This document shows positions 25,609 through 38,266 of a DNA stretch of 64,000 nucleotides, one piece after another. Origin of the DNA: Tubiluchus corallicola (lineage: Eukaryota > Animalia > Priapulida); NCBI GenBank assembly GCA_030141605.1, contig JAQGDQ010000038.1:248001-312000 (forward strand). The letters run 5' to 3'. Within the stretch, counting starts at the first letter, position 1. Each line of letters starts with the position of its first letter. Position numbers and translations under genes: made by a program. The notes beneath the pieces were generated by a model that saw nothing but the letters and a program-made list of their open reading frames with translations, ran no database searches and had not been told where the DNA came from.

Positions 25609-27895
25609 ATTTCTTATTTATGCAGATATTCTTTGAATAGCCAATTTCAATAGGATAAAATAATAATTACTAATGGTTTCCTTTGTGATAATGGAGAGAA
25701 GAATGATTATTGTTTCATGGCACAATATTATGTACCATTCATATAGTTTTAATTAGTAGTTAATGTCAAAGCCTAACGTTGTTGTCTACAACTAAAATAT
25801 TTATTGTGAGGGTTAATTTAAGTTTTATAGTTTTAATTAATCAAGCATTGTGTCTTATCTACTTGTAATTGAAAATGATGCCTTTTTTAAGTAGATGCAT
25901 TCAATGCAGAGTCATTACTCGCACAGTTAAAATTAGCTGATGTAGCCAATGCTTTATTTTACTGTTTTGAATAACTATAATTTAACTTTATTTTTATTCT
26001 TATGTTTTTAAATTAGTTTAAATATACATAGGTTAACTGAAAGATTTCTTTTCATAAATAACTTATTTAGTGTAATTTGTAGTTAGAAAATGCTTGTTCA
26101 AATTATTTAAAACTACCACCAATTTTTATACACTAACTGTTAGTATTAATCATCGCACCTGACACAACAAATTTTTTCATAATGGACTATTGTATGTGGT
26201 CTTTAGGTCTCGTTAACTATATTTTCTGTCATTCTCAGTTTCAGTTAGCTGTGATACTATGGCACTTTTTTTATAAATTTTTTAAAAAAAAATTCATATA
26301 CTTCATGTGGTCTTTAGAACATTAATTTTTGTGTGCCAAATTAAACTGCCATGACAGTTTATTCTGAAGGAAATATTGTACCTTTCTTATTGTTGAATTT
26401 TATAATCATTTATTCACTCAGTAACACATTTGCTGCATGCCTGTAAAATGAACATTGGCTTTAAAAATGTCGTTCATACATTATAGCACTAGTTTAAATT
26501 CATGAAAGATTAAACATTAATACTATAATTATTTTTGATCATAAAATTAGTAATATACTTGGCATTTTTCATATCAGCGAGCGATACATGATTTTTTGTT
26601 ATTTTGTACATTCCTTTTTATATATTATATCAGTCCTTGGTTAATATTTTAACTTTCTAATTCATAATCAAAATTGCTGCCAATTTTCAGGACTGTTTTC
26701 ATTTGATTTTACATTGTTAATTTTACGAAATAAAATACTTTCTATTCTTCATAATAGAAGTTTAGAGTTTGATTTTGTTTTAGTTTGTTGTTGCTAAGCT
26801 GGTAGTTGCATGCTGGATCACATCAAGGCACACTCTTCTCAAGCACCAAATTAATGTGTAATATATGTAGATGTATAATTTCATCATCATTATTTGGCTA
26901 TACGTTTAGTGGAGCAGTTCATCGACAAGAGCACACAGAAATCTAAAGTCCAGAGTAGAGGGGCTCAGAATACTTTAGTCCGGGCAGAGGGGCTTAGAAT
27001 ACTTTAGATTTGGCACTTTTCACCATAAATTTATGGTTGTATAATTGTATTACTAATTCATGTTGCTAAAATTGTGTTGTTGATTAATTGTATAAATTCA
27101 GTTTTATTTGCACAAATACATACAATGTATATTGGCAAAGCAATACACGTTAAATACTACATAAACCGGCTGTGTGCAAAGTTCTTTTCATAAACAAATG
27201 TTAAGATATGGTATACTGATACTAACATCACTGCTACATAAAAATTGTATAACTTCAGTTAGCAATGGAAAAAGAAAAATAACCTAAAAGTAGTAGGTAA
27301 CTGTACCAGTTTTTTAAATGAAAGATTATAAAAATAAAATAGAGTTGAAAAAAAATTTGAATGATTGAATTTTATAGTACTTAATATCAGAGAATGTAAT
27401 AAAGGCTACTCGTTGTCGTAGCGAATATTACATTTTCTGTTAATAATTAATTCCCCTCATAGTCAACCTCAAATACACCAACCATCACGTAGATATATCC
27501 ATGGTCAGAAGTAACACTGTGTGAATAGCTGTTCATTTAAGTCATCCAAATACAAAGAGCTCTCGTACTGCCTGGCTCTCTCTTTTTTGTGCTATTTTGG
27601 AGTAGTAGTGCTGGATCACTGTGCTTGCCTGTCTTAAGTGAGGAGTTCTTTTATTACCGTCGAGCAAGTGCGGACGTCCTGCGTTGTATAATGTCATGAT
27701 TCATCATTGTCGTCAGTTTTGACCCTTGAGATTGCTTCTGTAACGAAAAAACTAATTTTTGACTGTATTGTTTCACAATTTGCACCTGAAAATGTGAGCT
27801 AAACATTTGATCAAACTAAAAGGTTACTATTTTCTCTTATGATGTGGAGAAATATACAGCCTAAAGGCTTATCAGTTATAATAGTTTCATATGTT

Positions 27896-28618
27896 GGGAG
27901 CCGAGTGGACCACTGAGCCAAGTAGACCGATTGGTCTACTTGGGCTGCCCAAGTAGGACACTAGAGACAGGTCGCGAATTGAGTCGTTAAGTGTACTGAC
28001 ACCGTCCGTTGTGCTTGTTTATGTAATAATAATAATTAAAAACGTTAGTACACGTTGAATAATTTACTATACATCTAATAAAATAAAAGAATTTTATTAT
28101 GAGCTGGTAGAACGGACAATATTAAATTTGGTTTCGATATTAATGTTGTTGAAGTGAAAAAACCCACTTTTTTGCGAATTCAACATTTGTTTAAGGTATA
28201 TCATTTTTGATTTTGTCTCGCTTCACAAATAGGTGATCCGTTTCACTACCTCTTGGGCAAATAATTGTTTTCTTATAAGTAAATGTTCTAGCGATCTATG
28301 TGTCCTACATGGGTTAGCGAACCATGTAGGACAGTGCCCTACATGTTACAATACTACTGATAATATTAAAACTAATTATCCTTGCTTTTCTTAAATGTTA
28401 AAAATTACTTTTTTACCAACAAGTTTTTTACCAACCAACAAACACAATTTTTAATAAAATGAAGAAACTTTCACAGAATTTTCAAAAATTTGACAAAATT
28501 ACCGATTCTCGACAAAAATCGCTAGTGTCCTACTAGGGCTGCCCATGTAGGACACTACTTTTAGCGCATCGGTTTTACCGGAAGTGGTCTACTTGGCTCA
28601 GTGGTCAACTCGGCTCCC
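27896..28618. mobile_element. MITE family A, copy 2 (723 bp)
   Basis: About 33-bp near-perfect TIRs GGGAGCCGAGTGGACCACTGAGCCAAGTAGACC and GGTCTACTTGGCTCAGTGGTCAACTCGGCTCCC. The interior is homologous to copy 1. No clear TSD. Confidence 0.88.
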
Positions 28619-30708
28619 TACACATACGCAACAAGAACCTAGCTGATTATTAAAGACAACGGAGTGTCTGTGCGTACAATTGCAGCTGTTTTTCTTTTCC
28701 TCAGCAGTGAATTGATGATCAACCATATAATGTATTCTTTTAATGATGTGCAGCATACTTTTGCGTCCAAAAGTCGATAGATCTTTCATGCAACGAAGTT
28801 AAAAAACTTAACTGTAGCCATAAAACAGTTCTTAACCTGATCCGTGGGCCATGTGTACTATGAACAAAGTACTGCCTCAATTGAGAAATACCTTTTACAA
28901 AAACCAATTCAAAGCAGTCACAAATGAAATAGTTCCACTTGTGTGCAAAAAGTTTAGTTAGTAGTAAGTGACTGACTAAAAGTAAATAAACACAACAAAT
29001 GAGCTGAAGGACATTGAATATTTACAGTAATTTAGCAGGGTTCCCAAATTGCCAATTGGACTTGATGGATGTGTAGTCTGCATACATGTGTATAACTGAT
29101 AGAATTATAAGAACTTAGTTATGATGACGTGCATACACTGGCATATATGCTATTTTCTAGGCCTTGTCAGTCCTAATAGAATGTCCGCTGCATTTGATGG
29201 TTTATGAATAGCTCTTTACATTGTCTCTGATGCTGCTTCCTCTATGTACAGTTAGACATTTCTACTTCCTATAATAACAAGTGTAAATTACCTCAAGAAA
29301 AGTATTTTTTCCATATCTGGATGACGCTTTGTACTCCATTCTGTAACAGTACTTTGACTAATTTCCACCAATGCTCAATTTAGTTACAAATTTTTCTCAT
29401 TATTGCAAGTGACAGTACTACATTTTAGATTTAGCTGATAACAGCTGCTAATTAAGGAGCTAGGTCTTTTAGTAAAGGAATCGAGTTCATAGTACTGGCA
29501 ATTTTGACAATTTAAAACATCAATAATGTAATAAGGATGGTTATGGATGTTGTTAACAGTTATTTATTACCACTTTCAGATTATCATGCATGCTTTTGTT
29601 TTGTATGTCAGAATATCCCGGCAGGTATCCCCAAAAATTATAGTTTTGCAGCCACTCGCTTTATTACGACTTTGACATAGGCCTACCTCAACTGATGAGG
29701 CTTAGCCGACTAAGAATTGAATTTAATTAGGTATAATCTTATTGGTCCCCTTGTTTAAAAATGTCCTCGAGTTATAATGGGCACATGACATCGTTGGTCT
29801 TTTTGTCTTGTAGCCTATTTATTTATTACTACTTGGGACTTAAAAAGAGAAAAATTTCCGACCCAAATAATAATAATGTGAATAACATTTACTGTCAATA
29901 TCTTATCTTATTTCTCAGGTGTAATTAGGCATCCAGAGCAAGACCGCAAGTAGTCTCATTATGATGTATATAATCCTTTAGAATGAAATACTGTGTCACA
30001 ATTGCACTCAGAAGTTTACACATACTTGCTTAAAAAGAAAAAAAACAGTGAAACTAAGAAATGAATTTCCAGATGGTGGTGACCCGTCAAGTCACTGATC
30101 ATCTTTGGCACAGCTTAACTATAGCCAAGCACCCTGGGTACAGAGTGAGATGATTAAAGGCATCCTCTTAGAAGTTATTGGTTACCTCCATTGTAGCTCC
30201 ACACACATTGCAAAGTAAAAAAAATGACAACCAAGGCAACTAGTCATAGTTGTAACCTCAAACTAAAATTGTATAGTAATTTTGTGATGCAATCTCAGGC
30301 TTCGAAGTTCTTGTGTTACAGTCTCATCCCAGTGCCAATGTTAACATGTGTGTGAACGTGCTTCAAAAATGCATGTGCAAAGTACCATGCTTTAAGCATA
30401 TAAAAAGAATCCTATTTGTTTTCCAGCTGCTTTTTTGATGAAACAGGGAAAACAGCATGGGTAAAAAAATTATCTAGCCACTTTGAACTAGTTTCTAGTT
30501 GTTTTTGCCTAAACATATAATTAGTAATTAGACATTTTCAGGTCTTGAAACTTCTCTTAGATTGATGTCATAGATAGATGACACATTATCTAATTTATAA
30601 TGTCTATGTTTATAATGTCACATTTAGTCTGTTATATAGATACATAATCTGTGTCTGTGTTCAAAAGTGTGATATACAGCGCTATGTTTATTGCAGGATA
30701 AATACAAT

Positions 30709-32004
30709 ATGGATGCTGTACTAGAGCCACTTAGCTTTCCCACTGAATCTATGGAAGAAGTGACAAAGGAAACTTTTCGTTCATATGATTGTGTTTTGTG
30801 TGACACAGCATTTGATTTTGAAATGAAAGATGAGTTGTTTAAGCATTTGCTGTCCACTCACAAGCTTGTTATAGCAGATGTGCAGTTGGTGGCTGACCTG
30901 GGTTGTTACCTTCATTATTGGAAAAACCGTTTTCGACAGGACGAATTGACTAAGTTCTGCACTGTCATACAGACAAATAGCAATGAGTCAGACATCGGGG
31001 AAAGAGAAAATTACTATCTTTTATGTGACTCACTGCAAGAAGATAAAGACATACGAGAAAAATTACAAAAAGATAAACTTGTGCAAGTTTTAGAACAATT
31101 GCAACTTGAGAGAGTAGATAAAAATTTCTCCCAAAGTTGTTTGTTTTGTAAACATCATACATTTTCTGATAAAGTGGAATGTCTAAATCATATGAAGCAA
31201 GAACACAGCTTTAATATTGGTCTGCCAGATAATATTGTGTTTGTGAATGAATTTATTAACACCCTACGAGAAAAACTAGAAAAACTTCAGTGCTTATATT
31301 GTGAACGTACATTTAAAGACAAAATGGTTTTGAAAGAGCACATGCGTAAGAAAGGACACAAGAAAATTAATAATAAAAATACATTTTACGACAAATTCTA
31401 TGTTGTGAACTATTTGGAATTTGGGAAAAACTGGGAGGTTGTCCAGAAAGAAGATGATGCACATTGTACAGAAGATGCTGAATGTTCAGATGCTGAATGG
31501 TCAGATTGGCAAGACAAAATTGCTGGCAAAGCCATCTGTTTGTTTTGTGATAAAACCTTTGAGTCCGGGGATGAAATTTTATCACACTTAAAAGTGGAAC
31601 ATTTATTAGATTGGTGTGAAATTAAAACTCGGCTAAACCTTTCATTTTACCAACAAATAAAACTGGTAAATTTTATTCGACGTCAAGTTCATCAAAATAG
31701 GTGTGTTTACTGTGACCTAAGGCATGACACGAGGATTTCTTTGTACACACATATGATGGAAAAACACCATTTCGGCAAGATTCCGGATATTCCTATTTGG
31801 GATCAGCCACAATATTACTTTCCAACATATGAAAATGATAACTTGCTATGCATGATAAGCAGTATGGACCAGGAAACAAGTGAAGAAAATCCAGTGTTTG
31901 CTGAGGACCCTCCAGACATTCTAATCAGTGAAAGTATTTTGGAATCATTATGTAGTGATGGTGATGCTGGTGTTGCCGAGCCATTACAGTTTTCTGCTCA
32001 TTAA
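30709..32004 (+). CDS. ZNF277: Zinc finger protein 277 homologue, 431 aa, intronless CDS
   Basis: ATG at 30709 lies 12 nt after the acceptor ttattgcag. C2H2 fingers plus family motifs HKLVIADV, NYYLLCD, HSFNIGLPDNIVFV, QCLYCERTFKDKMVLKEHMRKKGH, YDKFYVVNYLEFGKNW, FYQQIKLVNFIRR and WDQPQYYFPTYENDNLL. Confidence 0.93.
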   Translation: MDAVLEPLSFPTESMEEVTKETFRSYDCVLCDTAFDFEMKDELFKHLLSTHKLVIADVQLVADLGCYLHYWKNRFRQDELTKFCTVIQTNSNESDIGERENYYLLCDSLQEDKDIREKLQKDKLVQVLEQLQLERVDKNFSQSCLFCKHHTFSDKVECLNHMKQEHSFNIGLPDNIVFVNEFINTLREKLEKLQCLYCERTFKDKMVLKEHMRKKGHKKINNKNTFYDKFYVVNYLEFGKNWEVVQKEDDAHCTEDAECSDAEWSDWQDKIAGKAICLFCDKTFESGDEILSHLKVEHLLDWCEIKTRLNLSFYQQIKLVNFIRRQVHQNRCVYCDLRHDTRISLYTHMMEKHHFGKIPDIPIWDQPQYYFPTYENDNLLCMISSMDQETSEENPVFAEDPPDILISESILESLCSDGDAGVAEPLQFSAH

Positions 32005-33844
32005 ATAATTTTATGATATATTGTTAAACTTTTTAATAACCAGTGATTTTGCTTCTGGTTCTATACTTTCTGTTGCGTATCTAAATAATCCGTGTGTGTA
32101 TTTCTTTGAGTTACCAGGATTTATTAAATTCACACACCTGGCGTGCCTCACCTGCGGACAGAATTTAAGTGTTTAGAGTAGACTTTAGCTTAACTTAGAG
32201 TTAAAGTCATAGTTAATTAAAAAAACTTATGAACAAAATTTAGCTTCATGTTTAATTCTGTTTTGCTAAAATTGGAATTTCTGAATTATTAATAATTTAC
32301 TATGCTGAAACTTTCATCTTTTGTACAAATTTGAATTTTGTAAATTAGGATTGATATCAGATGCGGTTACAATTATCAGATTCAAGTCAGTTATCAAGAT
32401 ACAAGATCTATTATTGGTTATATGTATTCCTCATTTTACTGTCCCCCTTGTCACCAGTTTGTTTTACTATACCACGACGGTAACAAGTATTGCAATTTAA
32501 AGTATTGCTTCTTATCTTATTATATTGCTTCAATGTATTGTTTAATGTTTCTTTTTATGTTATTAGTTTGATTATGCAGCTGTCAAATTATCTAACTTTT
32601 TGTAGAAATTATGAATTTTTTATAGTTAATATGTTTATTTAATAGATCTATATTAATATTCATATTGCAGCTTTAATTTCTTCTGCCAAGAGAAAAAAAT
32701 TATAAAATAATAAAATCAGAAAATATCTCCTTTGCTGCTGAATGTTATCGCACATGTATTTGTTTGTCTTACTGAAAATGTTACTGTTGTTATCATTGTT
32801 ATACATCATTCCTGGTTTTACTTTTAAGCAGTGCGATATCAAGTTATCTCATCTACCTTTGATTGTTCTGACTACATTGGGTATGATGCACATCACAGTC
32901 ATTTTAAGAAGACTAAATTAAAATTGTGTATTTGGTATAGTAATAATATGCTATTGTATAGTACTGTATGCTTTCTTTGCGGATGCTAAATCAACTTGTG
33001 TGCAATATTCGTCAGTAATTTAAATGTCTTATTAAAGATATATTAGTGTATACTTATGTGTACTTTGTAAAACTGCTATGTGAGGAGCTGATATAACAGA
33101 CCTTAAATTAATGCTAACACAAAAAAACTGCCAAAGTTCACAGCACCATTGCAACAATAAGACAAAACTTAGAAAGGGTGTATAAATTATGTACTTGTAA
33201 GGATGAACCGAGCCTTGTTTGCTATGAAGTTCTACAAACTAGAAATATGCGCATACTTGGGAAACTAATAATTTGTTTTATCCGTTATTGTGGTATTGCG
33301 CTTGAAAACCGATCAGCGAGGGTAGTACAGATTTGGCAGTGCCTTGTGTCTCTCTTTTTTACTTGCACTTAAAACGGCGGCGAAAAAGCTAGAATCAGCA
33401 GCCCTATTTCTCAAAGGTGCCCCATAGTACTCATTTCAGAATGCTTGAAGGAGTCTGTCTATGTCTCGTTTCTTTTTAATAAATGTAATTTCGCCAGTTT
33501 TCTCTGTCACAGTCAATGTTTGGTAGGCAATATACGTATTTTAAAAATGAATCTAGGTGAATTATAACGAAGCACTTTTTTGCCTTACTGAAAAGTGAAA
33601 AAACGATATTTGGTGTTTCTTTGTTTTCAGCTTTCTTAAGTGCCAGCCTAAACTGTCGCTGTTGAACTAAAACTTCAAGTACTGCTCTATACTGTTATAA
33701 TATAAAATAAAATTTACACTAACAGAACTTGATAAGGATGTGTATTGAATACATTATATACAACAGCAAGCTCGCTTGTCTTCGGCACGCTTTAAAACTG
33801 CCTACTGTTGTGAAAATAAATTTTCAACATAGCAATTTGAAGAT

Positions 33845-34909
33845 GTGCTGCACAGAGAGTGCATTGGCATGTCAAAGAAAGCGTATAAAGCGGTAGGCAC
33901 AGCAAGTGCATTAGTTATAAATGACACTTTGCACTGGTTTTGCGGTAAGTGCGAAGAAGAAGTCAAGAAGATAAAGGAAGGCATGGGAATGCAAAAAAAT
34001 ACACAGCTGTTGAATGAAGTACAATTAGGAAATCTAGAGGAGGAAATGAAATGCAAAGAAAGAGAAGTAGAAAATTTGAAAGATGACTTAGAGAAAATGA
34101 GGCAAGAAGTGAATAAGAAAACGGATCAATTGGCTGAGTTTGACTTAAAGAGAAAGAAATATGAAAGTGAAATAAAACAGTTGAAAGAAGAAGCAGTGCA
34201 ACTCAGACAACAACTAGAAAAATTGATAAGTGAGGCAGCGGAAAATAGAACTACAGTAAATAGCCTAAACAGGCACATAAGTGATCTACAAAAGATAAAT
34301 GAAGAATTGTTGATGAGCAAAATGGGTATGGGAGGAACATATGAAGAGGCAAAAGAAAACAATGAATCTAATAAGAAGGAAGATGATTCCAGAAAAGAAG
34401 TACAGAGTCAAAGAGAGGAGGCAGAGCCTGATACGCCACTATGCAGATATGTTGCAAAAAATGTGTGGTGTAAATTTGAAAACAGATGCAAGTTTAGACA
34501 CTACAAAACAAAAAAGGAGTGTCAAGAGCTCAGTGAAAGTGCACATAGAGCCAAACAAGGAGAATATGAACAAAAGTTGTGTTCCTATTTTGGAAGGAAT
34601 AAATATTGCAAATTTGAAAGCAAGTGTAGGTTTAGACATTATTTGAAACCTGGGGAAGATAAGGAAAAGACAAATTTGTGTTGGAATTACAAGTATGATG
34701 GTGAATGCAAATATGGTAGTAGGTGCAGATACAGACATTTTTTTAACGATGATGAAAAGAGATACCTACGAACACAAGAACGAGAAGGACAGCAGACAAC
34801 TCTAGAAACAAATAAAAATGAACAAAAGACACAAAATGAAAGTTTAGTTGAGCAGATTAATTTTTTAGTGAGAGAAATCAATGCAATAAAAGAAAAACTG
34901 TGGAATTAG
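33845..34909 (+). CDS. LINE ORF1 (truncated PHD finger, coiled coil, three C-x8-C-x5-C-x3-H zinc fingers)
   Basis: HRECIG...HWFCGKC is the C-terminal half of a PHD finger, followed by a long Glu/Lys-rich helical region. The fingers are CRYVAKNVWCKFENRCKFRH, CSYFGRNKYCKFESKCRFRH and CWNYKYDGECKYGSRCRYRH. Confidence 0.8.
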   Translation: MLHRECIGMSKKAYKAVGTASALVINDTLHWFCGKCEEEVKKIKEGMGMQKNTQLLNEVQLGNLEEEMKCKEREVENLKDDLEKMRQEVNKKTDQLAEFDLKRKKYESEIKQLKEEAVQLRQQLEKLISEAAENRTTVNSLNRHISDLQKINEELLMSKMGMGGTYEEAKENNESNKKEDDSRKEVQSQREEAEPDTPLCRYVAKNVWCKFENRCKFRHYKTKKECQELSESAHRAKQGEYEQKLCSYFGRNKYCKFESKCRFRHYLKPGEDKEKTNLCWNYKYDGECKYGSRCRYRHFFNDDEKRYLRTQEREGQQTTLETNKNEQKTQNESLVEQINFLVREINAIKEKLWN

Positions 34910-34968
34910 AAAAAAAAGTAAGAGTGAAAAGATCTCAGAAAAAGTAAAAGAAGTTTAAAAATTTTAAT

Positions 34969-37900
34969 GTAGTATATACAAATTGTCGAGGGCTAAATAA
35001 TAAGCTAGAGTCATTGTATGGAGTGATAAGGGAAAAAAGGCCTAGTGTAATAGGAATTGTTGAAACTCATTTGGGGGAAGAAGAATCAGTGCAAATTGAG
35101 GGTTACAAAGTGTTCCAACTGAATAGAAATAAGTACGGAGGGGGGATATTATTGGCAATTAAAAGTGACTTAAAAAATGTAACAATAAAAGCTGATCAGT
35201 ATAATGAAGTAGGTGAACAATTATGGGTTGTAATGGATAATTCAAAAGTAAAATTGAGAGTAGGATTATTGTATGCACCTCAGGAAAGTAGGACAGATAA
35301 AGAAGAAATGAAGAAAATGTATGAACAAATACGTAAGCAAGTACAAAAAGCAAAAAATGAAAACCAGAAGTGCTTGCTTATAGGGGACTTCAATGCAAAA
35401 GTAGGAAATATTATCGAAGGTAATAGTGATGAAATAACTTGGGCAGGGAAAATGTTACTAAATCTGGTTAAAAAAGAAAAACTAGTAATATTAAATGCAA
35501 CTGAAGAATGCTCAGGAATTTGGACAAGAGAAGAAGCTGGGAAAAAATCTGTTATTGATTATATAATAATAAGTGCAAATGATGTAAATGCACATAGGTT
35601 CACACTTGTTGATGAACAAAAACTGTATGGAGTGTACAGAGTGACTAGTAGTGGTGAGAAAAAAATTGTATATACAGACCATAACACAATATATAGTGAA
35701 TTTGATTGGGTTGAGATTAGTAAAATGAAAAGAGATAAAAGTGATGAGATAAAAAAATTAGTAGTGTCTAATAAAAATAAAATGAACAGATACAAAAAAG
35801 AAACTGATGATCAAATATTTAGTAAAGTATGGAGCAGTAACAGATCAATTCAGAGCAAATATGATGGCTGGATAAATCAAGCTGCAGTAGTAAGAGACAG
35901 GTGCCTTTCAGTAAAAGGAAAAAGGAAACAAAAATATGGAAGTAAAATGTCAAGGAAGCTAAATAAAGTAAGTTAAAACGTGAAATGAGCGATGAAGAAG
36001 ACTCGGAAAGGAAAAGAATGATAAAAATAAAAATTGAACTAATAGAAAACATGATGAGGGTTGTGCAAAGGAAGGAACAAATAAATAGAATAAATAAAAC
36101 TGTTAGGACAATTACAGTAAATGGAAAACTTAACCAGCAGTTGTTTTGGGAATTCAAAAAGGGCATCGATAAACCTAAAATGGAAGAAGCTATAGCAATG
36201 AGAGATAAACAAGGTGAGATCCAAGAGGATCCAGGAAAAATTAAGTTGATTTTTAAAAAATATTATGAAGAACTCCTACTCAGACAGAGGATGAATATGA
36301 GCAAATGATAGAATCAAGGGTTGAACAAATTTTCAAACATGTTGAACAAATGGCAAGTGAGGAGGAAGTAAAAGAAATTACTAACAGTGAAGTGAATGAA
36401 GCAGTTCGATCACTAAAAAATAAAAAGGCTCCAGACATGCAAGGATGGAAGAATGAAATGATCAAACAAGCAGGGAAGGGATTTATTGATAGTATAGCAG
36501 CAATGCTGAATGAAATAATGAAGCAAAAGAAAATACCGAAACAATGGGCCCAAATGAAAATAAATTCAATTTATAAGGGAAAAGGCGACAAGAAAGAGAT
36601 GAAAAATAGACGAGGGCTGTTCATAACAAATATTTTCAGTAAACTAATGGAAAAAGTGATCAAAAATAGAATAATAGTTAAATTTGAAGAAAACATAGGA
36701 GTACATCAATGTGGCGGAAGAAAAAACAGAGGGGTCTATGACCATCTGTACACCTTGAGGGCAATGTTAGAGTATAACAGGTTTTATAAAAATGAAGTGT
36801 ACATAATTTTTTGTGACATAGAAAAGTGTTTTGATAAGTTGTGGTTGAAAGATGCATTGACAGAATTATGGAGGATGGGCATATCACCAGGAGAAATATT
36901 TATGATATATAAACTGAATGAAATTGCAGAAATAGTTATAGAAACGCCATTGGGAAAAACAGACCAGATAGAAATAAATGAAATAGTCCGACAGGGAACA
37001 GTGTTGGGACCATTACTATGTTGTGCTGCAATAAACCGGATTAATGAGATGGTGACAACAGGGACTGTAATGGGCAGGAATATACATGTGGGTATGTTAT
37101 TATTCATTGACGATATTGTCGGAATAGGACAAGAAACTATAATCAAGCAGATGATTAAAAACTGTCAAGAAATTGAAAGAACCAAAAGATTATCATTCAA
37201 TATACAGAAAACACAATATATGAGAACTAACATGACACGAAAGAAAAGGATCCCAGAATTATGTGAGTCACTAAGGAACGGAGAGGTTAAGGAAGTAGAG
37301 GAATACCAATATTTGGGAGATTGGATAAATACAAAAGGTAGTTATGAAATACTGTTTGGAAAACGAACCGGGAAAAACAAAATGATAATTAGTTACATCA
37401 ATACAATAGGAGGTGAGCTGAAAGTGGGAGATTGCTCAATAGGGGTAAAACTAATGCTGTACGAGCTTCTTTCAGTGAGTGCAGTGCTAAATAGTTCTGA
37501 GACATGGTCAAATTTGACAACAACTGATTGGGAGAAATTAGAAATGATTCAAGCAAATGCTTTAAAAACATTATTTAACCTTAGTGAATCAACGCCATAC
37601 TGGGGATTAGTAACTGAAATAGGCATATGGCCTCTAAAACATAAAGTAAACTATAGGAGATTGATGTTCTATCGGAATTTATTGATTAGTAAACCAAAGA
37701 GATTAGCATCAGAGATACTCGAAATGCAAATAAACAGTGTACACAAAAGGTCATGGTATAATGAAGTATTTGAGACTGCAAAAATATATACCATAGATGC
37801 TAATAAAGAAAGGGTGAAGGTCATGAAAAAGTCTGAATGGAAGAAAGAAATAAAGAATAAGATTGAACGTTGTATAAAGAGCGAATGTGCAGAAAAATGC

Positions 37901-38266
37901 AGGAGCAGCACTAAATTAAGATTTTTAAGGCATACCGAGTGGAAACGACAAAATTACATAGACACATGCAAGCCAGAAGAGGTTAAAGATATATTGAAAA
38001 TAAGACTGAATATGATTAAAGTTAAGGGGAACTACAAGAATGAGTTTAAGGATCAGTTATTATGCCCAGTGTGTGAGGAAGATGATGACACTACTGAACA
38101 TATGCTTAGATGTTACAGATATGGAGAATGGAAAAAAATTTTGAACTCGGAAGTATTAATGAACAGTGAAAAGGAAGGATTGCTAGAAATTAGAAATCTA
38201 GTGAACGAATGTATGGAATACAGGATAAAGACAAATAAAGACATTAAACTTGGAAAAGACAAATAA
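34969..38266 (+). pseudogene. LINE ORF2 (APE endonuclease + reverse transcriptase), broken by two frameshifts
   Basis: APE motifs VYTNCRGL, IVETHL, GDFNAKVG, SVIDYI and TDHN (to 35976), then a linker at 35985-36308. RT at 36305-38266 has KAPDMQG, DIEKCFDKLW, RQGTVLGP, FIDD and YQYLG, with C-terminal CPVC...EHMLRC. Frame changes occur near 35970 and 36290. Confidence 0.9.

Noticed and set aside
29685-29735. Hammerhead-ribozyme-like CTGATGA-GGC-tta-GCC-GAC
   Set aside because: The required GAAA core, stem III and UH cleavage site are missing. At most it is a dead relic.
33802-37911. Numerous minus-strand hydrophobic ORFs over the LINE
   Set aside because: These are antisense shadows of an A-rich coding strand.
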